Below, piece after piece: positions 56,268 through 64,000 of a stretch of 64,000 bases of DNA. The number at the start of each line of letters is the position of its first letter. The stretch's first letter is position 1. The stretch comes from an uncultured Gammaproteobacteria bacterium (GTDB lineage Bacteria; Pseudomonadota; Gammaproteobacteria; CAWCPV01). The notes under the pieces were generated by a model. That model was not told the origin of the DNA, searched no databases, and saw only the letters and a list, made by a program, of their open reading frames with translations. The position numbers were made by a program, and so were the translations under genes. The stretch is from NCBI GenBank assembly GCA_963797555.1, contig CAWCPV010000009.1:293049-357048 (forward strand). The letters are read 5' to 3'.

Positions 56268-56905
56268 TCCGCGTCGCCGCCCTGCTGCTCGTGGTACTCG
56301 CCAGCGCGTCGCACGCCGGGGAGGACCGTATCGTGGTAGGCGCTTTCTCCGCCGGCGACCTCTCTGGCTGGCGGCCCGAGAGATTCCGCGGCGACACCGC
56401 CTACCGCATCGTGGCTCTCGATGGCCAGCGGGTGCTTCGCGCGGACAGCGTACACAGCGCCTCCGGACTGGTGCGGCGGCTGCGGGTGGACCTCACGCGT
56501 ACCCCGTTTCTGCACTGGCGCTGGCGCGCGGAGGGCGTGCTCCAAGGGGTGGACGAACGCACCAAGGCGGGTGACGACTATCCGGCCCGCATCTACGTCA
56601 TCGTGTCGGGAGGCTTGTTGTTCTGGAAGACGCGCGCCCTCGACTACGTGTGGTCCAGCAACCAGCCGCCGGGGAGTGCCTGGCCGAACGCCTTTACGGG
56701 CAACGTGATGATGCTGGCAGTGGAGTCCGGCCCGGAGCGAGTCGGCCACTGGGTCGAGGAGCGGCGGAACGTTCGCCAGGATCTCGCACTCTATTTCGGA
56801 GAGCGGGTGGACGCCGTGGACGCCGTCGCCTTGATGACCGACACCGACAACTCGGGCCGCAGCGCGCTGGCCTACTACGGGGATATCTACTTCGCGGCCC
56901 ACTGA
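56255..56905 (+). CDS. DUF3047 family protein
   Basis: Signal peptide, PFLHWRW, KAGDDYPARIYV, W..ERRNV..D, ALMTDTDN. Confidence 0.88.
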   Translation: MAALIRVAALLLVVLASASHAGEDRIVVGAFSAGDLSGWRPERFRGDTAYRIVALDGQRVLRADSVHSASGLVRRLRVDLTRTPFLHWRWRAEGVLQGVDERTKAGDDYPARIYVIVSGGLLFWKTRALDYVWSSNQPPGSAWPNAFTGNVMMLAVESGPERVGHWVEERRNVRQDLALYFGERVDAVDAVALMTDTDNSGRSALAYYGDIYFAAH

Positions 56906-56991
56906 AGCCGTGAGCAGATCGCCACGACCCGGTCCCGTTCCCACATCTCGCGCCGCGGGGAGCGCCCGCCTGCAAGCAACGGAGAGGAGCC

Positions 56992-57945
56992 ATGCACGCG
57001 ACCCTGCCTCTGCTCCAGGAAACCGATTTCCCGCCCCTCACCCGTGGGCCACTGGAGACCCTTCAGGTCAACGTCGGTTACCGGTGCAACCAGCAGTGCC
57101 TGCACTGCCACGTCAACGCCGGGCCGAACCGCAAGGAAGAGATGGAGCGGCCGACGGTCGAGGAGGTTCTCGCGTTCCTGGACAGGAGCGGTGTCAAGAA
57201 GCTGGACATCACGGGCGGTGCGCCGGAGCTCAATCCACATTTCCGTCATCTGGTCCAGGAGGCATGGCGGCGCGGCGTGCACGTGATCGACCGGTGCAAT
57301 CTGACGATACTGGAGCAGTCCGGCCAGGAGGACTTGCCGGCGTTTTTGTCCACCCGGCAAGTGGAGATCGTGGCATCGCTGCCCTGCTACCTGGAAGAGA
57401 ACGTCGACCGCCAGCGCGGCAGCGGCGTGTTCGCAGCGAGCATCCGGGGCTTGCGCCGTCTCAACGCGGTCGGCTACGGGTTGCAGCCGGAGCTGGTGCT
57501 GAACCTGGTCTACAACCCTCAGGGACCTAGCCTGCCGCCCTGCCAGCAGGGGTTGGAACGGGGCTACAAGCAGCACCTCAGCGAGCGCTACGGGATTGCG
57601 TTCAACGCCCTCTACACCCTGGCGAATATGCCCATACAGCGCTTCGGCAGCACGCTCGTCTCCAAGGGGCAGTTCTCCGAGTACATGCGCCTGCTGCGCC
57701 ATGCCCACCAGGACGCCAACCTGAAGACGGTGATGTGCCGCACCCTCATCAGCGTCGACTGGCGGGGTTACGTGTACGACTGCGACTTCAACCAGATGCT
57801 GGGGCTTCCCCTCGGCGGATACCGTCGTCACCTGAGCCAGTTGCAGACATCCCGGTTGCCGGGGCGGCCCATCGCGGTCGCCGACCACTGCTACGGATGC
57901 ACCGCCGGTCAGGGCAGCAGTTGCGGCGGGGCGCTGGCCGCTTGA
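56992..57945 (+). CDS. arsS: ArsS-family radical SAM protein
   Basis: LQVNVGYRCNQQCLHCHV, DITGGAPE, ASLPCY, YDCDFNQML, HCYGCTAGQGSSCGG. Confidence 0.9.
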   Translation: MHATLPLLQETDFPPLTRGPLETLQVNVGYRCNQQCLHCHVNAGPNRKEEMERPTVEEVLAFLDRSGVKKLDITGGAPELNPHFRHLVQEAWRRGVHVIDRCNLTILEQSGQEDLPAFLSTRQVEIVASLPCYLEENVDRQRGSGVFAASIRGLRRLNAVGYGLQPELVLNLVYNPQGPSLPPCQQGLERGYKQHLSERYGIAFNALYTLANMPIQRFGSTLVSKGQFSEYMRLLRHAHQDANLKTVMCRTLISVDWRGYVYDCDFNQMLGLPLGGYRRHLSQLQTSRLPGRPIAVADHCYGCTAGQGSSCGGALAA

Positions 57946-58715
57946 GGATTTCCATCGTCGTGCCGGCACTGAACGAGGCGACCGGGATTGCCGCTGCGCT
58001 GCGGCCCATGCAGCCCTTTCGGGCTTCGGGACACGAGGTGATCGTGGTGGACGGGGGGAGCGCGGACGCCACGCTGGAACAGGCCGCTCCGCTCGCCGAC
58101 AGGGCTCTGGTGGCGGAGCGCGGACGCGCGCGCCAGATGAACGCGGGCGCCGCCGTGGCACGGGGAGCGATCCTGTGGTTCGTCCACGCCGATGTCATCG
58201 TCCCGCCCGCGGGCGAGCGGCGCGTCATCCACGCGATCCGCGACCGCGGCAAGCTCTGGGGCCGCTTCGGGGTACGACTATCCGGGCAGGCGCCCTTGCT
58301 GCGCATCGTGGAACGGATGATGAACTGGCGCTCCTGCTTGACGGGCATCGCCACCGGCGACCAGGCCATCTTCGTTCGGCGCGGGGTATTCGACGCCGTC
58401 GGAGGCTTCCCCGAGATTCCCCTCATGGAGGACATCGCCTTCAGCCGCCGCCTCAAGCACCATGGGCGGCCGGCCTGCATTCCCGACCCGGTGACCGCCT
58501 CCAGTCGTCTCTGGGAAGCGCAGGGGGTGCTGCACACGGTGCTCCTCATGTGGAGGCTGCGGCTGGCCTATGCCCTCGGGGCGGACCCGGCCGCTCTCGC
58601 ATCCCGCTATGAAGGGCGCGCCGGTGCTGTGCGATACCCCGCCCGGCGCCGCAGCAGCCCGATGCTAAACTCAAAGGGTCGGCCGCGCAGCAGGCGCTCG
58701 TCTGGTCCGGGCTAG
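57942..58715 (+). CDS. GT2 glycosyltransferase (TIGR04283-like)
   Basis: VVDGGSAD, GRARQMNAGA, FVHAD, GDQAIF, PLMED. Confidence 0.9.
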   Translation: MRISIVVPALNEATGIAAALRPMQPFRASGHEVIVVDGGSADATLEQAAPLADRALVAERGRARQMNAGAAVARGAILWFVHADVIVPPAGERRVIHAIRDRGKLWGRFGVRLSGQAPLLRIVERMMNWRSCLTGIATGDQAIFVRRGVFDAVGGFPEIPLMEDIAFSRRLKHHGRPACIPDPVTASSRLWEAQGVLHTVLLMWRLRLAYALGADPAALASRYEGRAGAVRYPARRRSSPMLNSKGRPRSRRSSGPG

Positions 58716-58747
58716 GCGGATCGCCTCGGGGACGCCGGGTATCGAGA

Positions 58748-59413
58748 GTGGCTCTTCGGCTTGCGGTATTCGCGCGGGCTCCGGTCGTGGGCCAAGTGAA
58801 GCGGCGCCTCACCTCCCACCTGGGAGCGCGCCAGGCATCCCGGTTGTACCGCCGAATGGCAGAGCGCTGTCTGCGTACCGCGGTGGAGGCATGTTCCGGA
58901 ACGGTCGAGCTCTGGTGCACGCCGGACGCGCTTCATCCCTTCTTCCTGGCGTGCCGCAGCCGGTTCGGTGTGCGGCTGCGCGTGCAGCGCGGGGCGGATC
59001 TCGGGGCGCGCATGGCGGACGCGCTCCACAGGCGGTTCCCCGCGCTGGTCATGGGGAGCGACTGTCCGTCCGTGACGGTCTCGGACCTGCGGGCGGCGCG
59101 GCAGGCCCTGGAGAGCGGGGCGGATGCGGTATTGGGTCCCGCGCGAGACGGCGGCTACGTGCTGCTCGGGCTGTCGCGTCCCATCCCTGGCCTGTTCAGG
59201 AGCATGCCGTGGGGGAGCGGCTCCGTGCTCGACGAGACGCGGGCGCGTCTGCGGGGCCGAGGGCTGCGATGGCATGAGCTTCCGGTGCGCTGGGACGTGG
59301 ATCGTCCGGCAGACCTGAGAGAGCTGAGCAGACTGGACGGCTGGGCCGATGTTCTCGATGTCAAGAAGCAGAGCATCGCTCAATGGTGCAACGGCGGAGG
59401 AGGAGAGCCATGA
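58748..59413 (+). CDS. DUF2064 / TIGR04282-like transferase
   Basis: FARAP..GQVKRRL, QRGADLGARM, GSDCP, GPARDGGYVLLG, WDVD. Confidence 0.9.
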   Translation: MALRLAVFARAPVVGQVKRRLTSHLGARQASRLYRRMAERCLRTAVEACSGTVELWCTPDALHPFFLACRSRFGVRLRVQRGADLGARMADALHRRFPALVMGSDCPSVTVSDLRAARQALESGADAVLGPARDGGYVLLGLSRPIPGLFRSMPWGSGSVLDETRARLRGRGLRWHELPVRWDVDRPADLRELSRLDGWADVLDVKKQSIAQWCNGGGGEP

Positions 59414-59643
59414 CAGACGACTGGGATCCCGTGGTGCTGAATTTCCTGTACGCCGCGATGGGCGGGACGATGACGCTGGCGTTCATGTGGGCAGGCTGCA
59501 AGCTGTTCAACTACACCGTGTGCTTCAAGATCAGCGAAGAGCTGGCCAAAGGCAACATCGCCGTCGGCCTGATGGTGATGGGGCTGTTCATCGGAATCGG
59601 GGTGGCGACCGGGCTCGTCATCGGTCTGGGGCTGAACGGATGA
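59410..59643 (+). CDS. DUF350 family membrane protein
   Basis: Two TM helices, ISEELAKGNIAVG. Confidence 0.82.
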   Translation: MTDDWDPVVLNFLYAAMGGTMTLAFMWAGCKLFNYTVCFKISEELAKGNIAVGLMVMGLFIGIGVATGLVIGLGLNG

Positions 59644-60305
59644 CTGGCCCATCCACATGGGCGGCCTGCGTGCTGGGCGTGGTCGCACCGGTCGTGGTCG
59701 GCGGTCAATTGTCCGCCCCGCCCACTCTGGGGGGCTGGACCACGAAATACGACGCCCACTTCCGCAAGCATTCCAGGCACTACTTCGGCCCCGGCTTCGA
59801 CTGGCGCTGGTTCAAGGCCCAGGCCGTCGTGGAGTCCGGCCTCGATCCAGTCGTCCGCGGCCGCCGCGGCTCGCGGGGCATCATGCAGATCAAGCCCAGC
59901 ACGTTCCGGACTCTGAAGAAGGAGGAGCCGAACTTCCTAAACATCGCCAACCCCGAGTGGAACATCGCCGCGGGCATCTATTACGATCGGCTGCTGTTCG
60001 ACCAGTGGGACGACCGCAGGCCGCTCGTGAACCGACTATGCTTCACCTTCGGGAGCTACAACGCGGGGCCTTCCCGTATCGAGGGCAGCGTCAAGCGCGC
60101 GCGACAGAGTGGACGTGCGCACGGGCAGTGGGAGCAGGTCGCCCCGTATGCGCCGAAGACGACGCGTCGGTATGTGCGCCAGATACGGGACCTCGTCGGC
60201 AAGGCGCCGCCTCACAAGGCAGCGCCGGCAGCCCGCGCACACACCCGGACCTCGATGCGATCGGCTCCGGGGGCCCGCCGCCGGGGTCGGTCTCAGAGTT
60301 CGTGA
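59640..60305 (+). CDS. Lytic transglycosylase SLT-domain protein
   Basis: DWRWFKAQ..VES, GIMQI, NIAAGIYY, SYNAG. Confidence 0.88.
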   Translation: MTGPSTWAACVLGVVAPVVVGGQLSAPPTLGGWTTKYDAHFRKHSRHYFGPGFDWRWFKAQAVVESGLDPVVRGRRGSRGIMQIKPSTFRTLKKEEPNFLNIANPEWNIAAGIYYDRLLFDQWDDRRPLVNRLCFTFGSYNAGPSRIEGSVKRARQSGRAHGQWEQVAPYAPKTTRRYVRQIRDLVGKAPPHKAAPAARAHTRTSMRSAPGARRRGRSQSS

Positions 60306-60324
60306 AGAAATCGAACAGGCGGTA

Positions 60325-60615
60325 GGTCAACGGGCGCGGAAGCTTACGCGTCGTCGGCAGGGGTGACCGGGTCAGGGGAAAGCCCTTGGGTGACCGGGGC
60401 GAGGGGGTCCGTCAATGCCCCGCAGACGTCCCTCGAATAACCGTTTGCGCCCCAGGCTGACGACTTCGCGCCGGGTACCCAAGCGCCCGGCGATATGATC
60501 GTTCCTTGACCCCTCGGCCGCGAGCAAAATCATCGTGGCGCCGACGACCCGATAATACGGCAGTGCGACGAATCCAGGATTACCACGTGAGCAGTGCTGT
60601 AGGATCTCGCGCTGC
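60325..60615 (-). pseudogene. IS630-family transposase remnant (HTH part only)
   Basis: LPYYRVVGATMILLAAEGSRNDHIAGRLGTRREVVSLGRKRLFE...PRPGHPRAF; no DDE domain. Confidence 0.7.
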
Positions 60616-60835
60616 GCCTGCGGCACCGGCCGGACGTGGGCGGCGGCCGACGGTCCAGCGGGACTTCGCAGCGTAGATGCTGGCGCCCCGGACACAGACG
60701 GCATCCCGTTGCCGTGGCGGGGCGCGCCGCGGGGGGCTGCCATTCGGTGCAGGCTAGCTGTACGCTCCACAACACGGCGCCAGGCGGCGCCTAAAGTTGG
60801 GGTCATGACCGTCTATCCAGCGAAGGGAGTACAGC

Positions 60836-61762
60836 ATGGAGAAAGTCAGTATCGTAGGAGCGGGCCGCGTCGGTGAAGCCACGGCGCATTTCCTGGCCAA
60901 AGAGGACATCTGCCGCGAGCTGGTGCTGGTCGATGTGCGCGAGGGCGTCGCGCAGGGCGCTGCCCTCGACATTCAGGAGTCCGCCCCCCTGTTTGGGTTC
61001 GATAGCCGGGTGGTCGGTGCAAGGGAATCCGCGGGCATGGAAGGCTCGGACCTCGTCATTATCACGGCCGGCCTTCCCCGCAAGCCGGGCATGTCCCGCT
61101 CCGATGTCCTGGAAACCAACGCTCGTATACTCGACGGGATTGTCGATGACGTGCGCCGGTACGCACCGGATTCCATGGTGCTGGTCGTGTCGAACCCGGT
61201 GGACGTGCTCACCTACCGGGTGTGGCAGCGTCTCGGCTGGGCGCGCAGCCGGGTCATGGGGCAAGCGGGGGCATTGGACTCGTCCCGCATGGCCAGCTTC
61301 GTGGCGATGGAAACCAACCTGTCCGTCCAGGACATCAACGCCATGGTACTCGGGGGACACGGCGACACGATGGTGCCCCTGGTGCGCTACACCACCATCT
61401 CGGGGATACCCATCACCCAGTTCCTGGACCGCTCGGCCATCGACCGCATCATCGAGCGTACGCGTCACGGGGGAGCAGAGATCCTGGCCTTGAAACAGAC
61501 CAGCAGCGCGTACGGCGCCCCGGCCGCAGCGATCGCGGCGATGGTGGACGCGATCGCGCGGGACCGCAAACGCGTGCTGCCAACTGTGGCCATACTGGAG
61601 GGCGAATACGGCCAGCGGGACGTCGCGATGGGGGTACCTTGCGTACTGGGGCGTGGAGGCGTGGAGCGGGTAGTGGAACTCGACCTGAACGCTGAAGAGT
61701 CCGCCATGTTCGGGGCTTCGCTGGGGGGTGTGCGCGCGGACATCGCCCGCCTACCGGCTTAG
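60836..61762 (+). CDS. mdh: Malate dehydrogenase (LDH-like type)
   Basis: GAGRVG, TAGLPRKPGMSRSD, VSNPVD, LDSSR, GGHGD. Confidence 0.95.
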   Translation: MEKVSIVGAGRVGEATAHFLAKEDICRELVLVDVREGVAQGAALDIQESAPLFGFDSRVVGARESAGMEGSDLVIITAGLPRKPGMSRSDVLETNARILDGIVDDVRRYAPDSMVLVVSNPVDVLTYRVWQRLGWARSRVMGQAGALDSSRMASFVAMETNLSVQDINAMVLGGHGDTMVPLVRYTTISGIPITQFLDRSAIDRIIERTRHGGAEILALKQTSSAYGAPAAAIAAMVDAIARDRKRVLPTVAILEGEYGQRDVAMGVPCVLGRGGVERVVELDLNAEESAMFGASLGGVRADIARLPA

Positions 61763-61981
61763 GGCGCGTCCGCGGCCCGCCGCGGACGCTATTCTCACGT
61801 GCCCCCCGAACTCGCCTGGGACGCCGTGCCTGCGTAGCAGGCCGGCAGGTGCTCATCCGAGACTCATGCAACGACCACAAGCTCATCGATGCGCCACCTC
61901 TGCATGGGACTTCCGGCGGTTGGGGCCAAGTCGATAGAGGTGTGCGCAATACGTGCGGCGCTTCAGGGGCGTTGCTGACCC

Positions 61982-62611
61982 ATGGCAGACGCAACCAAGA
62001 TATCCGGCCTGCTGATTGAGCGGCGGCCGGACGCCCGGATCGCCCTGCACTTCGGGAGTCCCCTGGAGCTCCTGGTCGCCACCATACTTTCCGCGCAATG
62101 CACCGATGCGCGCGTCAACGAGGTGACCAAGGTGCTGTTCAAGAAGTACCGCAGTGCGCAGGACTATGCCCAGGCGCATCCGTCCGAGCTGGAGCAGGAG
62201 ATCCGGCCCACGGGGTTCTATCGCAACAAGGCCAAGACCGTCATCGCGTGCTGCCGTAAGCTGGTGGAGGACTTCGAAGGCAGAGTGCCGTCGACGCTGC
62301 AGGAGTTGGTCATGCTACCCGGGGTGGGAAGGAAGACGGCGAACATCATCCTCGGGAGCGCGTTCGGCCGCCCCGCCATCGCCGTGGACACCCACGTCCT
62401 GCGGGTGAGCAATCGTCTGGGGCTCGTGTGCACCAAGGATGCCGACAAGGCGGAGCAATCGCTGATGACGCAGGTGCCCCAGGAACGGTGGACCCATTTC
62501 GCCCTGGCGATGATCCTTCACGGGCGAGAGGTGTGTACGGCCAGAAAGCCCAAGTGCCGGGACTGTGTGCTCTACGCGGAGTGCGCGTGGCCCGACAAGA
62601 CCCCTCCCTGA
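61982..62611 (+). CDS. nth: Second endonuclease III paralog
   Basis: LSAQCTDARVN, PTGFYRNK, LPGVGRKTAN, AVDTH, Fe-S Cys motif. Confidence 0.93.
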   Translation: MADATKISGLLIERRPDARIALHFGSPLELLVATILSAQCTDARVNEVTKVLFKKYRSAQDYAQAHPSELEQEIRPTGFYRNKAKTVIACCRKLVEDFEGRVPSTLQELVMLPGVGRKTANIILGSAFGRPAIAVDTHVLRVSNRLGLVCTKDADKAEQSLMTQVPQERWTHFALAMILHGREVCTARKPKCRDCVLYAECAWPDKTPP

Positions 62612-62727
62612 CTCCCGCCCCATGATAATGCGCTGTGATGAGAGAGCGGCAAGGACCGCGGCGATTTCCTCACACGTGTTGACTACATGGCCGCTCCGCG
62701 CCGGAAGCAGTCCCTCGGTGTAAATCG

Positions 62728-63893
62728 GTGGGAACACTCGACGCAGACAAGGACGCCGCGAAAGAGAGGGTTGCGACCACCCAGGTCCTGAGCCGCTTGG
62801 CTGGCTGCATGGGGCCGTCCGGACGGCTGCTGGAGAGCCATGTTCTGCGGCGTGGTCTTATCCATGACACCTATGTCGCAGCCTACGAAGCGGACGGCCG
62901 AATACGCCGCTACCTGCATCAGCGCCTGAACACGCAGGTCTTCCGCGACCCCGAGGCGTTGATGGCCAACATCGCACGGGTCACGGCCCACCTGCGAGCG
63001 AAGCTGGAGGAGCAGGGCTGCACGGACGTCGACCGCCGGGTCCTGACGCTCGTTCCCGCCCGGGATGGCAGGTCCTACTGCCTGGATGGCGCCGGCGCCT
63101 ACTGGCGCACTTACCACTACATCGAAGGTGCGCGCGCCCACGACACCATCGAGACCCCAGAGCTGGCCTTCCAGGCAGCGCAGGCATTCGGCCGCTTCGT
63201 ATGCGCCCTTGCCGAGCTGCCCGGCCCGCGTCTCTACGAGACTATCCCGCATTTCCACGACACGCCGGCGCGTTTTCAAGCGCTCCTGGACGCCGTACGG
63301 CAGGATCCGTGCCGAAGGGCGGCTGCCGCGCGCGCGGAAATCGACCTCGCCGTGGACCGCGAGCCGCTGGCCGGCGTGCTCGCTCGCCTCCAGTCCACGG
63401 GGGATCTGGCCGAGAGGGTCGCGCACAACGATACCAAGATCAGCAACGTGCTGTTCGACGCGCTGACCGGCGACGCGCTCTGCGTGGTGGATCTCGACAC
63501 GGTCATGCCCGGGCTCATCCTGCATAACGTCGGAGACCTCATCCGAACGGCCGCGGCGGCCGCTCCCGAGGGTGAATGCGCGGCCAGTTTCCCGGCCCTG
63601 CGGCTGCCCGTCTTCGAGGCTGTGGTGAGAGGCTACGTGGCGGGTGCGGGCACTGGGCTCACCGAGCAGGAGGTGATGCTGTTTCCGGTGGCGGCAACGG
63701 TCGTCACCTTGGAGTCGGGACGCGCTTCTTGACCGACCATCTGACGGGGGACAGGTATTTCAGGATCGGCAGACCCGGCCACAACCTGGAGCGAGCGCGC
63801 CATCAGTTTCGTCTGCTGAGCAGCATGGAGCGGCAGCAAGACGCTATGGTCGACGTGGTCCAGCGGGCGTGGGTCCACCGCCGCGCAGGCTAG
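62728..63893 (+). CDS. APH-family phosphotransferase (N-acetylhexosamine kinase-like), apparent frameshift near 63716
   Basis: IHDTY, QRLNTQVF, ETIPHFHDTP, HNDTKISN, VDLDTVMPG; RFLTDHL.GDRYF...HNL.RA in shifted frame. Confidence 0.85.
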
Positions 63894-64000
63894 GGCGGGC
63901 CGGAGCGGGGGGGCCGCCAGGGCGCGCCGCTTGGACCAGGCCGGCGTGGGTGGCCGAATGGATTTCCCTGGGAGCCCCGCGCACGGACGCGGCGCCGGTC

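Noticed and set aside
57900-57945. Selenocysteine in the ArsS C-terminus
   Set aside because: The codon is TGC (Cys); there is no in-frame TGA before the normal stop.

Overview
High-GC gammaproteobacterial chromosome segment; the lineage is inferred from gene content. Core regions: cytochrome c5 end, comM/ubiK, a sigma54/NtrC-controlled porin-glnK-amtB operon, fetAB-like ABC pair, speE/speA, hemB, a partial Xps-type T2SS cluster (gspK-L-M-N-D), an orphan CbbO/NorD VWA gene, and yebC-ruvCAB-ybgC-tolQRAB-pal-cpoB-queE-queC. About 31-44.7 kb is an integrase-free defence island. It holds a ~1570-aa Mrr-like nuclease-STAND NTPase (Avs-like), a RelE-like toxin with an unusual helical partner, a type I RM system (R-S-M order) interrupted by a GIY-YIG nuclease in a cluster of REP-like hairpins, an orphaned DUF2283 antitoxin and an MNT-HEPN pair. 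Further right are an unannotated sigma54 promoter preceding tiny membrane-protein ORFs, a secreted OB-fold/PLD protein, GH63, NDH-2, two nth paralogs, an arsS-glycosyltransferase operon, mdh and a phosphotransferase. A 142-bp MITE occurs twice; one copy carries a nested 74-bp four-hairpin insert. Many conserved genes have small frameshifts, most likely long-read consensus errors, so pseudogene calls are unreliable. No tRNA, rRNA or CRISPR array was seen. Family assignments come from motif recognition by eye, not database searches.
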